64,000 nucleotides of DNA from Bacteriovoracia bacterium (GTDB taxonomy: Bacteria > Bdellovibrionota > Bacteriovoracia > Bacteriovoracales > Bacteriovoracaceae). Below are positions 47,540 through 57,120 of this stretch, piece by piece. A program made the position numbers and the translations under genes. The notes under the pieces were generated by a model. That model searched no databases. It had not been told where the DNA came from and saw nothing but the letters and a program-made list of their open reading frames with translations. The DNA is taken from the NCBI GenBank assembly GCA_046570105.1, contig JBKHVI010000001.1, positions 1 through 64,000 of the forward strand, in the 5' to 3' direction. Position 1 is the first letter of the stretch, and every line of letters starts with the position of its first letter.

Positions 47540-49494
47540 TATTCATCCTCTGCTGGCGGGGCTTCTGCTTTAATAGCGCGCGCCCACTGGGCGCTCATTT
47601 CTTTTTCTTTTTCAAGATTCTTCAAGTAAGCGGCCGGATGATACTTTTGCATGTAAACCGAAACGACCGCTTCTACGACCGGAGTAGCAGCAGAAGAACC
47701 GTGACATCCGTGCTCCACCAAGGCGGCGGCGGCAATCTTAGGATTATCGTACGGAGCAAAACCTACAAACACACCGTGGTGACGGTAGTCATAATCCATC
47801 TGTTCACATTTTTGATAAACTTTGTCGGCAGCAGCGCGGATAACTTGTGATGTACCCGTTTTCCCTGCCATCAAAATACCCTTACCACGACGATAGAATG
47901 CCGTTCCTTTGGGATTGTTTACCACTTGGAAAAGTCCCTCGCGTACAAACTTCAAAGTCTTTTCGTTTTTAAGTTTGAAATCGTTTAAGAGTTCTGGAGT
48001 GAACGTCTTAATCAATTCGCCTTTGGGATTATAGATATCTTTTACGACATATGGACGGAAGATTTTCCCACCGTTGGCAATGGCTCCATAGGCCTGGGCC
48101 ATCTGAATAGTACTCGCGAGAACATAAGACTGCCCGATAGCACAAGAAAGTGTTTCACCGGGCTGCCACTCTTGCCCGAAACGTTTCTTCTTCCATGACT
48201 CAGTTGGAATGAGTCCCGACACTTCTCGTGGAAGAGAAATTCCCGTACGCTTACCAAGACCAAACATGTTGGCGTACTTCGCGATGGTATCAATATCCAT
48301 TTTCATCGCTGCACGCTGGAAGTACATATTACAGCTTTCACGAATGGCTTTCGGTAAAGTTGTTGAACCGTGACCGGCTTGCTTCCAGCAGTGATAAACT
48401 TTGCGACCAAAGCGCATGTTACCGGAACAGAACACCTCGGTATTCTCATCCAGCACACCTTCCTCAAAACCGGCAATTCCCGTTAATGCTTTAAAAGTTG
48501 AACCAGGAGAATAGTGTTCTTGGATATTACGGTCACGCAGTGGATTGTGTTTGTTTTCAGTCAGACTGCGCCAGTATTCAGACGTAAGGCCTCGTGAAAA
48601 CTGAGATGGATCGAACGCCGGGCGAGAAACCATCGCTAAAACTTCACCAGACTCAACATCAATTGCGATGATACTGCCAACCTTGCCTTCCAGAGCTGCG
48701 TAACCTGCCATCTGCATATCACGATCAATCGTCAATTTGACGTTCATCCCCTGCAAGGGCTTTTCATCCTCAATACCTTTAAACAAGTTATCAGTATTGA
48801 TATAACGCTTACGGCGACCACGAGCATCCACCTCAACAAACTCATGTCCGTTGTTACCACGCAGATACTTATCTAATTGTTCTTCAATACCAAACTGGCC
48901 GATGAAATCTCCCAAGCGATAATCCATAGCATCGCGCTTTCTAAATCTGGGGAGCTGTTGTTGGCTGATTTCAGAAATGTAGCCAAGCAGATGGGCACCG
49001 ACATCTTTGTCTTTGTACTCACGAGAAATAAAAGTCTCAACACTCACACCAGGAAGTTCAGCGTTCAAACTCTCAATCTGAGCGAGTTCTTCAAAATTAA
49101 TATTTTTCTTAATCGTGATGGGACGATAAGTCGCTTGATTGGAATTCTTTTTGAGAACTTTATCAATCGTGCCTTCTTCCAGGCTCAGAATTTTATGCAA
49201 GCGCTTGAGAGTCTCTTCTTTATCCAATAAATACTGAGGAGTCAGAATCGCATCGTAACGAGGGATGTTATCCACCAGAAGCTGGTCATCACGGCTGTGA
49301 ATCATTCCTCGTGGGGCCCACACCACTTCTTTACGAAGACGATTTTGAATAGAGAACTGATGAAGCTGTTCACCTTTATACACCTGCAAATACCACAAGC
49401 GGGCCAACAAAAGGCCAAAGGCTGCGAAGATGATATTGGTAATCATCCCGGCACGGGTTTTATGGACTTTAACGAGTTCTTCTTCGCCAAACAT
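47539..49494 (-). CDS. mrdA: penicillin-binding protein 2
   Basis: PGSTFK (SxxK), SCN (SxN), KTGT; operon context. Confidence 0.95.
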   Translation of the reverse strand: MFGEEELVKVHKTRAGMITNIIFAAFGLLLARLWYLQVYKGEQLHQFSIQNRLRKEVVWAPRGMIHSRDDQLLVDNIPRYDAILTPQYLLDKEETLKRLHKILSLEEGTIDKVLKKNSNQATYRPITIKKNINFEELAQIESLNAELPGVSVETFISREYKDKDVGAHLLGYISEISQQQLPRFRKRDAMDYRLGDFIGQFGIEEQLDKYLRGNNGHEFVEVDARGRRKRYINTDNLFKGIEDEKPLQGMNVKLTIDRDMQMAGYAALEGKVGSIIAIDVESGEVLAMVSRPAFDPSQFSRGLTSEYWRSLTENKHNPLRDRNIQEHYSPGSTFKALTGIAGFEEGVLDENTEVFCSGNMRFGRKVYHCWKQAGHGSTTLPKAIRESCNMYFQRAAMKMDIDTIAKYANMFGLGKRTGISLPREVSGLIPTESWKKKRFGQEWQPGETLSCAIGQSYVLASTIQMAQAYGAIANGGKIFRPYVVKDIYNPKGELIKTFTPELLNDFKLKNEKTLKFVREGLFQVVNNPKGTAFYRRGKGILMAGKTGTSQVIRAAADKVYQKCEQMDYDYRHHGVFVGFAPYDNPKIAAAALVEHGCHGSSAATPVVEAVVSVYMQKYHPAAYLKNLEKEKEMSAQWARAIKAEAPPAEDE

Positions 49495-49497
49495 GAA

Positions 49498-50034
49498 TTA
49501 GATTTCCACGCCGGAGCGGCCGACTTCATTCTCTACTGCCCAGACCTTATCCAATAGTTTGAATAAGAAGGGAGAGAGGATAGATAATAAAAAGGTACTT
49601 GGGATTGCATTCCAGAACAAAAGACTGAACTGATCAAAGCTACCGAGCTTAAGACATATAATTGAAACCGTCGTGAGGTACCAAACGATCTGGAATATTT
49701 GCACGGTAATAATAGTGGCGATAGCACTTGAGAACTGCAGAATTTCTTTCATGTAGCTAGCGATCAATGACACAAAAATTCCTACCAAGGTACCAAGCGC
49801 CCAACCTTCCATTGAGAAAGCTGAATGGACGAGTTGCAACATCACTACGAACCACGGCAAGAGCGGTGTGGTTAATTTAAGTGCCATGAACAAAATGATC
49901 ACAACGTTGAATGCCAGACGATAATCACGCCAGCCGATCGCGGGCAAGAATGCCGAGGTGGCAATTTCAAGTGCGACGAGAATGCCTAAGGTGACAAGTG
50001 TCGAAAGAATAAGTCTAGAGAGACGCGGTTGCAT
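49498..50034 (-). CDS. mreD: MreD-like membrane protein
   Basis: Hydrophobic 178-aa ORF between mreC and mrdA. Confidence 0.7.
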   Translation of the reverse strand: MQPRLSRLILSTLVTLGILVALEIATSAFLPAIGWRDYRLAFNVVIILFMALKLTTPLLPWFVVMLQLVHSAFSMEGWALGTLVGIFVSLIASYMKEILQFSSAIATIITVQIFQIVWYLTTVSIICLKLGSFDQFSLLFWNAIPSTFLLSILSPFLFKLLDKVWAVENEVGRSGVEI

Positions 50035-50036
50035 AC

Positions 50037-50915
50037 TTACTTCCCTTTCGCTTGTTCAGTGGTGGTCGTTGGCACCAACAGTGCAGTGACTTGAGGACGT
50101 GGAAGAATCACAATCACTTCTTCCAGTTTTCTAAAATCAACCGACGGAGTGATTTCTACTCCCAAAGTCATGCCAGAAGTTTCACGATCAATATCTGTGA
50201 TCATGCCGACCTTAATGCCTTTGGGATAAATGCCACCCACACCGGCCGTCATGAGCTTGTCGCCCACTTCAATCGGTTCAGTACGAGATACATATTTCAA
50301 AGCACAGCGGTAGTTAAAGACACCTTCTACAATACCGTGAGTACGTGTGCGCTCACTAATGGCGTCCACTCGGTTGTTGGGATCTAGAATGGTGAGTACG
50401 TCAGCGTAATTAGGGCCCACACGATAAATGTAACCAACTAGACCCATGTGAGTGATGACCGGAGACATCAGTTTAATTCCGTCATTCCCACCACGATTCA
50501 AACGTAAGACTTTAAACTGGTTGGCCGAATCCCACCCGATCACTTGCGCCAAGATTTTCTCTTGGCCGATATCTTCTGAGTAATTCAACATTTGTTTGAG
50601 ACGGAAATTTTCGCGACGGATTTCTTCCATCTGAAAAAGATCGTCTTCTAGCCGTTCAATCTTCTTACGAAGATAAACGTTTTCTTTGCTGGTGTTCACA
50701 ATGCGAACATAATTATCAACTAGGTTACTTAGCTCCTGACGTGAGTTGGATAAACCTTTCTGCACAGGAGCAACAACTTCAACGACGAGTTGTTGGAAAA
50801 GCGTCATCTCTTCTAAATCGAAGCGCTTTTGTGAAAGACCATAAATGGCCAAGCCCAACACCAGTAGGTTGTTGATGATTTTAACTTTGGAAGACTCAGA
50901 AACTATCCGTCTCAA
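50037..50915 (-). CDS. mreC: rod shape-determining protein MreC
   Basis: TM, coiled coil ENFRLKQML, AQVIG, TAGVGGIYPKGI, VDFRKLEEV. Confidence 0.93.
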   Translation of the reverse strand: MRRIVSESSKVKIINNLLVLGLAIYGLSQKRFDLEEMTLFQQLVVEVVAPVQKGLSNSRQELSNLVDNYVRIVNTSKENVYLRKKIERLEDDLFQMEEIRRENFRLKQMLNYSEDIGQEKILAQVIGWDSANQFKVLRLNRGGNDGIKLMSPVITHMGLVGYIYRVGPNYADVLTILDPNNRVDAISERTRTHGIVEGVFNYRCALKYVSRTEPIEVGDKLMTAGVGGIYPKGIKVGMITDIDRETSGMTLGVEITPSVDFRKLEEVIVILPRPQVTALLVPTTTTEQAKGK

Positions 50916-51048
50916 GAATTACCTCGGGTGAAAATGAACTACTCAAGGGTAACGCGCTCTGAGTCGCCTTGCCAATGATGGAATCTCCTTTGACCACATA
51001 AGGTTCGTGCCGTTAGAATGTGTGGGTTCGTAACCCTTAGGAGAAGTC

Positions 51049-52542
51049 ATGAAAAACTCTTTTGTGAGCAAAATTGCCACGTTTGTCCTCAGTCTTGTAT
51101 TCCTACTTATCATTGTGAGTTTCCTCTTTGGGGACTACCAAAACCAAGGCTCAGCATCTCCACAGGACGTTGCATCAGTGGATGGTCTTTCTATCACTCC
51201 GCGTGAATTTAATATGCGCCTCTCACAACAAGTTGAGTTTTTTAATCAGATGATGGGCCAACAGCTCACACCGCAACAAATTCAACAAATGGGCATTAAA
51301 GAGACCGTCTTAGGTCAATTGGTGCAAGGCAAACTACTTCTTTCATTCGGTATGAAGAATGGTTTCAATCTATCTGAAGCCGAGCTCAAAGATGAAATCA
51401 AGCGCCTTCCTTATTTCCAACGCGACGGGCGTTTTGATGTCGGCATGTACCGTGGTCTTTTGGCACAAAACCAATACACACCAGCTCAATTCGAAGAAAC
51501 GATCGGCCAAGATGTAGCTTCGCGCAAAATTGAGCAGATGCTTTCAACGCAAGTTATCTCGGAAAACCTGGCCCGCGATATTCTTCGCTTCAAACTGACA
51601 GGCGTAAAAACTGAAGCCGTCCGCGTTGAGCGCCAAGACTTGGTGGCCCTGATCGAAGTTACTTCTCAGGAAGCGACTGAGTTTGCCAATAAACCAGAAA
51701 ATAAAAAACTTCTAGAAGACATGTATCAGGAGAGCTTTGCCAAATATAATAAGCCAGAAGAAGCCAAAGCACGCCACATCCTCTTCGCTGCTAAGTCCCC
51801 TGCCGAAGAAGCAGCCGCTAAAGCGAAAGCCGATAAATTGGCCGGTACACTTAACGCCAAAAACTTTGCTGAAAAAGCCAAAGCACTCACTGAAGATCCA
51901 TCAGGCAAAGACAATGGTGGTGATCTAGGATGGTTCGCTCGTGGTCGTATGGTGCCAGAATTTGAAAAAGCTGCGTTCGAAGGCAAAGTTGGCCAAGTTG
52001 TCGGCCCAATCAAAACTAGCTTCGGTTATCACTGGCTCTTTATCGAAGGCAAAAAAGGCGAAGAGAAAAAAACTTTCGATCAAGTCAAAGCAGAGCTCGC
52101 TCGCATGGCCCTGCAAAAACGTAAAAGTCTCGACCTGGATAAAATCATGGCCGATACCAAGACTCATCTCCAGCAAGTCCTTCAAACCAACAATAAAGCC
52201 GCTATCACAACTGATAAAGCACGCATGAATTTGGTGCATTTACCGGGAACTGAGGTCAATCAATATGATTTAACTGTTGGCCCCCACGCCCTTACGGCCG
52301 TTGAAGGCGGACGCCTGTTCGCTGCCAAAGAGGGGGAAATTCTTGATTTCTCAACTCCTGGCGCACTGTTTCTCGTTAAAGTAGGCGCAAAAACTAACGC
52401 AGACGTTGCCGCCAAAATCGACGCCCAAGTTAAGACAGAAGTTCAATCTCAGGCACAGGTCTTTGGCCGCAGTCTTAGAGATGACCTCATCAAAGAGCTA
52501 AACGCCAACGCTAAAGTTGTCACTAACCCTGCTCTCCTGTAA
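51049..52542 (+). CDS. PpiD/SurA-like periplasmic chaperone with parvulin PPIase domain
   Basis: N-terminal TM, SurA-N region, ARHIL, GGDLGWF, MVPEFE, FGYH. Confidence 0.88.
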   Translation: MKNSFVSKIATFVLSLVFLLIIVSFLFGDYQNQGSASPQDVASVDGLSITPREFNMRLSQQVEFFNQMMGQQLTPQQIQQMGIKETVLGQLVQGKLLLSFGMKNGFNLSEAELKDEIKRLPYFQRDGRFDVGMYRGLLAQNQYTPAQFEETIGQDVASRKIEQMLSTQVISENLARDILRFKLTGVKTEAVRVERQDLVALIEVTSQEATEFANKPENKKLLEDMYQESFAKYNKPEEAKARHILFAAKSPAEEAAAKAKADKLAGTLNAKNFAEKAKALTEDPSGKDNGGDLGWFARGRMVPEFEKAAFEGKVGQVVGPIKTSFGYHWLFIEGKKGEEKKTFDQVKAELARMALQKRKSLDLDKIMADTKTHLQQVLQTNNKAAITTDKARMNLVHLPGTEVNQYDLTVGPHALTAVEGGRLFAAKEGEILDFSTPGALFLVKVGAKTNADVAAKIDAQVKTEVQSQAQVFGRSLRDDLIKELNANAKVVTNPALL

Positions 52543-52550
52543 ATATAGCT

Positions 52551-52577
52551 CGCCCCTCCTCGTGAGGGGCGCTTTTT
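52551..52577 (+). terminator. intrinsic terminator
   Basis: cgcccctc-ctcgt-gaggggcg followed by T tract. Confidence 0.7.
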
Positions 52578-52590
52578 CAGGAGTCCTCTA

Positions 52591-52821
52591 ATGGCAGATA
52601 AAAAACATAAATTCGCTCAAAACGTAGCCGGTAAATACTTCGTCGATGACCAGTGCATTGCCTGTGATGCCTGCTGTGTAGAAGCTCCGCGTTTTTTTGC
52701 CATGAATGACGACGATGGCCATGCCTTTGTAAAATTGCAGCCCATCACTCCGGAAGATTTTAAAGAAGCTGAAAATGCGCTGGCGGCCTGCCCTGTTGAA
52801 GCCATTGGCAACGACGGCTGA
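52591..52821 (+). CDS. single-cluster ferredoxin
   Basis: CIACDAC..CPVEAI. Confidence 0.9.
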   Translation: MADKKHKFAQNVAGKYFVDDQCIACDACCVEAPRFFAMNDDDGHAFVKLQPITPEDFKEAENALAACPVEAIGNDG

Positions 52822-52891
52822 GACAAAACTCTTGTCGTTTTATGCCCTGTTTCTTAAATTGAAATGACATAAATATTCGAAGGAACTGACT

Positions 52892-53305
52892 ATGTTGAAG
52901 ACTCTTGTTGTCGCTTTAAGCTTTCTCTCATTTGCCCACGCCGCAACTCCAGGCCCAAAACTTAGCTATCCAAAACCTTTCTGGTTTTTCGAAGCCACCT
53001 ACGCTGATGGCCGTATCCTCACCTATCCAATCCAAATGGAAGAGTTCACCATGAAGCTTCCTTACAATGGCCGTGTGCTGTCAGCAGAAATTCCTGAAGT
53101 CATCAGTGCTGCCCATGCAGTAAAGAAAAACCTCAAACGTCGCTTCACTGCTGTTCGTGGCAACGACAAGCTTTCAGGCGAAATGCAGTGTGATCTCTCT
53201 AAGTTTAAAGACGAAGGCAAAGAGGCCGGCGAAGCTGTCCTCAATTTCAGCGGCGGTGACAAGAATGGCACGCCCACGAAACTTCGCATGTTCTGTCAGT
53301 TTTAG
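52892..53305 (+). CDS. secreted hypothetical protein
   Basis: Signal peptide ending AHA; AAGGA RBS. Confidence 0.72.
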   Translation: MLKTLVVALSFLSFAHAATPGPKLSYPKPFWFFEATYADGRILTYPIQMEEFTMKLPYNGRVLSAEIPEVISAAHAVKKNLKRRFTAVRGNDKLSGEMQCDLSKFKDEGKEAGEAVLNFSGGDKNGTPTKLRMFCQF

Positions 53306-53339
53306 TCTGGGTTAATCAATTAAATCAGATGGTTACGCC

Positions 53340-53382
53340 TATAAGTGAAAATCCGTGGTAGCTCCACGGATTTTCACTTATA
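53340..53382. promoter_or_regulatory. perfect 19-bp inverted repeat overlapping a TATAAT box
   Basis: tataagtgaaaatccgtgg-tagct-ccacggattttcacttata. Confidence 0.75.
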
Positions 53383-53390
53383 ATGATATT

Positions 53391-54545
53391 ATGTATATTA
53401 AAAGAGCACTGGATCTAAAAAAACATCTCGATCAAAAAAGTGTTCTTTTACTTGGCCCTCGAAGAACCGGTAAATCTTCGTTCATCCAGCAGCAGATCAA
53501 ACCAGACATTTATCTCAACTTGCTCGACACCGAAACTTTTGCCAAATTTGCCTATCAACCAAGCCTACTAAACCAGCTAATCAAAAAAACAGATCGCATT
53601 ATCTGCATTGATGAAATTCAAAAACTCCCTAATTTAATGGATGAAGTCCACGGCCTCATAGAAAAACATAAAGACAAACGCTTCATACTTACAGGCTCAA
53701 GTGCCAAGAACCTAAAAAAAACTCATACTTCCCTTATGGCAGGAAGAGCGCGCCAGTTAAACTTTCTGCCTTTTAACTATCATGAAGTGAAAGATTACAA
53801 GTTCGATTTAAATAAATTTTTACTCTACGGTGGTCTGCCTGATACTTATCTTTCAACTGACCCCTGGGAAGAGCTTAAAGACTATGCAGGCACCTATCTG
53901 CGAGAAGAAATTCAAGCCCAAGCATTCGTTCGTAAAATTGAAAACTACGCGCGCTTCCTCGAGTTTGCCGCCCAAACGAGCGGACAAATTCTCAACTACG
54001 AATCCTTAGCAAGTGATTCATTTATCCCTGCTCGCACCATTAAAGACTATTACCGCCTGTTAGAAGAAACGATGATTGGGTATAACCTTCAGCCGTATCG
54101 AAAGAAAGGTAGTCGCAAAGAGGTATCAACAAGTAAGTTCTATCTATTTGATACGGGAATTTTGAACGCCTTCGTTAGAAGAAAAGCTCTTAAAGAAAAA
54201 ACAGAAGAATTTGGACTCTTATTCGAGCACTTTATCTTTCTCGAACTTAAAGCGTACCAATTACTCAATCGAGCCGACTGGACTCTCGAATTTTGGCGCA
54301 GTCACAAACACGAAGAAGTCGACTTCATCCTTGGTAGTGGCGAAGTCATTATTGAAGTAAAATCTGGAACGAAAATTCGACCTGAACATCTTAAAGGTCT
54401 ACAGAAGTTCAAGTCCGATTATAACTGCAAAAGATCGATCATCATCTGCCAAGCCACTCAAAAAGAAACGATTCAAGGAATCGAAATCTATCCTTGGGAT
54501 GAGTTTTTAAATGAACTTTGGCTTGGCGAAATTATTAAAGACTAA
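53391..54545 (+). CDS. AAA_14 ATPase + DUF4143 (C-terminal PD-(D/E)xK-like) protein
   Basis: GPRRTGKS, IDEIQK, LTGSS, KFYLFDTG, EVDF..IEVK. Confidence 0.9.
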   Translation: MYIKRALDLKKHLDQKSVLLLGPRRTGKSSFIQQQIKPDIYLNLLDTETFAKFAYQPSLLNQLIKKTDRIICIDEIQKLPNLMDEVHGLIEKHKDKRFILTGSSAKNLKKTHTSLMAGRARQLNFLPFNYHEVKDYKFDLNKFLLYGGLPDTYLSTDPWEELKDYAGTYLREEIQAQAFVRKIENYARFLEFAAQTSGQILNYESLASDSFIPARTIKDYYRLLEETMIGYNLQPYRKKGSRKEVSTSKFYLFDTGILNAFVRRKALKEKTEEFGLLFEHFIFLELKAYQLLNRADWTLEFWRSHKHEEVDFILGSGEVIIEVKSGTKIRPEHLKGLQKFKSDYNCKRSIIICQATQKETIQGIEIYPWDEFLNELWLGEIIKD

Positions 54546-54653
54546 AATCTTGGTTTAAATCGCGTGCTCTCCCTCTGTTATTTTTACCCACGCTTCCCCC
54601 TAAATTTTAATTTTCGCTATATTGCGCGCTCACCAAACAACCGGAGCGCGTGC

Positions 54654-55412
54654 ATGAAATCTCAACTTGTCCTAGGCCTCATTATCCTGACTTCTGCTAC
54701 AGCACACGCCCGCGTAGTACGCGAGAAACCGGTTGAGAAGATTTTTAAAAACACCCAATGCGAAGCTTCTGATAGTTGTGGGCTCACTGAATTCAAAGTT
54801 CATACTTATAACTATGAAGCTATTTTCCCAGATGGCTCATCTCACGGCACCAGTGCCTTCATGAGTTACAAAACGCAAAAAGTAGATCAACTGGAGAACT
54901 TTGCCATCGTTCAAAAAATTAAAGGCTGCCAATTCCAATCTCAACTCACACCAGAAGGAGTTGTGACTAAGAATTTTGCCCTCGCTCGTGAATTCTTTGA
55001 TCAAGTGATTACTTATAATCATCCTGAGTGGGTGATTGATTCAGTTGATCTCGATCCCATGTATAACAACTGGTCGCCTGATCGCCGTCACGCCGCTTAT
55101 CGCTGGAACAAAGTCGCCGGCTCTTATGACAAGACCACCGAAATGAAATTCGGCCCAACCTTCCCTACTCGCCCTGAGCTCTATGTTTCAGATCTTCCGG
55201 GCACAGCTTTCTTCATGGGTGGTGTGGCTAAAAACATCAGCCTGCAATTTGAAGTCTGTATTCACAAGACAAGTGATGTCCCCACAACCTCTCGTCCCGA
55301 TTCCGAAATCGCTTCTCCTATCGCCTGCCACACTTGGGCCAGCTCGTTCATTTACAATCACACAACGAACAAGTTCGAATCGAAAGCTGAGATTGATGAG
55401 TTTTGTAAGTAA
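54654..55412 (+). CDS. secreted hypothetical protein
   Basis: Signal peptide ending AHA after GGAG RBS; 6 Cys. Confidence 0.72.
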   Translation: MKSQLVLGLIILTSATAHARVVREKPVEKIFKNTQCEASDSCGLTEFKVHTYNYEAIFPDGSSHGTSAFMSYKTQKVDQLENFAIVQKIKGCQFQSQLTPEGVVTKNFALAREFFDQVITYNHPEWVIDSVDLDPMYNNWSPDRRHAAYRWNKVAGSYDKTTEMKFGPTFPTRPELYVSDLPGTAFFMGGVAKNISLQFEVCIHKTSDVPTTSRPDSEIASPIACHTWASSFIYNHTTNKFESKAEIDEFCK

Positions 55413-55430
55413 AAACCCAATAAAAGAACT

Positions 55431-57020
55431 TTGATTATAGATAAAGAAAATTTACTCTTTGGTATGAGAGAAAAACTTGCTCTATTGATAAGAAGTAATT
55501 GGGCACCCCTTTTTGCCATCTATCTCTTTGCCATTTTTTTTGCCACCCTCAATCTCCCTTACGCAACAATAGATCTGTATGATGAAACAATTTATCAGGT
55601 TGGAGCGAAATTTAATTTAATTCAAAGCTGGTCACCTCTCTACTCACTCTACTATCGATTGATAGGTTTATTTACCGAAGATCAATTAACCGTACAGCTC
55701 GCGGGACACCTTTCGATAAATTATCTGCTCTTTCCAACTGCAGTTTATTCGCTCTCGATGCGGTTTTTTGCGGGAAGATCTATTCCATTCATCTTAACTC
55801 TGTATTTACTTTTAACTTTTTTAAACGTTAACGAGATACCAAGAGTTCACTCATTTAACTTTTCGATACTTACACTTTCAGTTCTCACTCTATTTGATCT
55901 AAAAAACAGAAAAAAGCTAATCGCTTTGTCATTCTTGTTTGGATTATTCATACATATTCGATTTGAAAATCTGGCTGGAGGCTTACTCTTTCTGGCCCTG
56001 GTCATGTTTTATTTAGGTGACCCCAAAACCAAAATAGGAACTATCAAAGTTTCTATGATCAGTATTATTTCTGTAACTTTTGGATACGGCTTATTATTTA
56101 TATTCTTTAGTGATTGGTCTTTTATTGCCCATGACAATCGCTCATTTCACGCTTTCCAAGACTACTTCACATGGGAAAAAAGTAATGCATATACCAACAT
56201 CGGTGAATTTAATCAGCAGTTTAACTCCTCTAAAGATTTAGTTTCTTTTATCTTGAATTACCCAACAACATTCATTAAACATTTATTAAATAATCTTTTG
56301 GCACTTCCAGAAGCAATATTCGCAACACTGTATCCAGCCAAAGTCTCGGTTCTACATACGTATAGCAGGAGATTCGTTCTAATCTTCTTTGCCACACTAA
56401 TTTTTCTGCCTATAAAACCCAGAAACGATTGGTCGCGACATTTCATAATTGCTTTCTCAGCTCAATCAATACTGGTCTCACTCATTACAAAACCAGCAAT
56501 TAAATATCTTCTTTTTCCAGGATTTTCCTGGTTACTACTCATACTCATTGGGATTAACAAGGTCCGAAGTAAAATTACATACGACCTGACTCGTTTTCGA
56601 TTCATTCCCATAACCTTTGTTGTCCTTTTGGCAGCATTTCAATCTTATGAAATTAAAAGCCAAGACAGAGGTCTACGAAAAGCAATTGATAGCCACATCA
56701 ATGAATGGAATAAAATAGATATTCAACAAGAAGAAGTTATCTTTTTTCCAAATTCAATTCCATTTTTTGCCGGTGTAAATACGCAAAGAAGCTTGGTTAC
56801 ACAATTTGATTACCGGAATGAACTTGAGCAACATTTTTTAGATTGGATAGAAAAACGAAAAATTTCACTCATTTGCTATTCTGATGGTTTTACCTGGTAC
56901 AATTTTATTCATAAGCCTGCTGACTATGATCAATTCGAAGAAAAACATAACGAACTTCTTTACGAAAGAATCAATCCAGAAGATCAGTTTATTAGATGTT
57001 ATCGAAAGATTGAGCTTTAA
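55431..57020 (+). CDS. AT-rich polytopic membrane protein, GT-C glycosyltransferase-like
   Basis: YDE in first loop, WSPLYSLY, IRFEN, more than 10 TMs, soluble C-terminal tail. Confidence 0.55.
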   Translation: MIIDKENLLFGMREKLALLIRSNWAPLFAIYLFAIFFATLNLPYATIDLYDETIYQVGAKFNLIQSWSPLYSLYYRLIGLFTEDQLTVQLAGHLSINYLLFPTAVYSLSMRFFAGRSIPFILTLYLLLTFLNVNEIPRVHSFNFSILTLSVLTLFDLKNRKKLIALSFLFGLFIHIRFENLAGGLLFLALVMFYLGDPKTKIGTIKVSMISIISVTFGYGLLFIFFSDWSFIAHDNRSFHAFQDYFTWEKSNAYTNIGEFNQQFNSSKDLVSFILNYPTTFIKHLLNNLLALPEAIFATLYPAKVSVLHTYSRRFVLIFFATLIFLPIKPRNDWSRHFIIAFSAQSILVSLITKPAIKYLLFPGFSWLLLILIGINKVRSKITYDLTRFRFIPITFVVLLAAFQSYEIKSQDRGLRKAIDSHINEWNKIDIQQEEVIFFPNSIPFFAGVNTQRSLVTQFDYRNELEQHFLDWIEKRKISLICYSDGFTWYNFIHKPADYDQFEEKHNELLYERINPEDQFIRCYRKIEL

Positions 57021-57051
57021 TCGTCTGATCTGTAACTAAATTCAAATTAAT

Positions 57052-57080
57052 AAAAAAGGCCCCCATCGCTGGGGGCCCTT
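57052..57080 (-). terminator. intrinsic terminator after flgE
   Basis: ggcccc(c)/(g)ggggcc stem followed by T6 on the minus strand. Confidence 0.8.
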
Positions 57081-57120
57081 CCGGAAAATTTAACTATCAG
57101 TAGTAATATCAGTCTAACTA

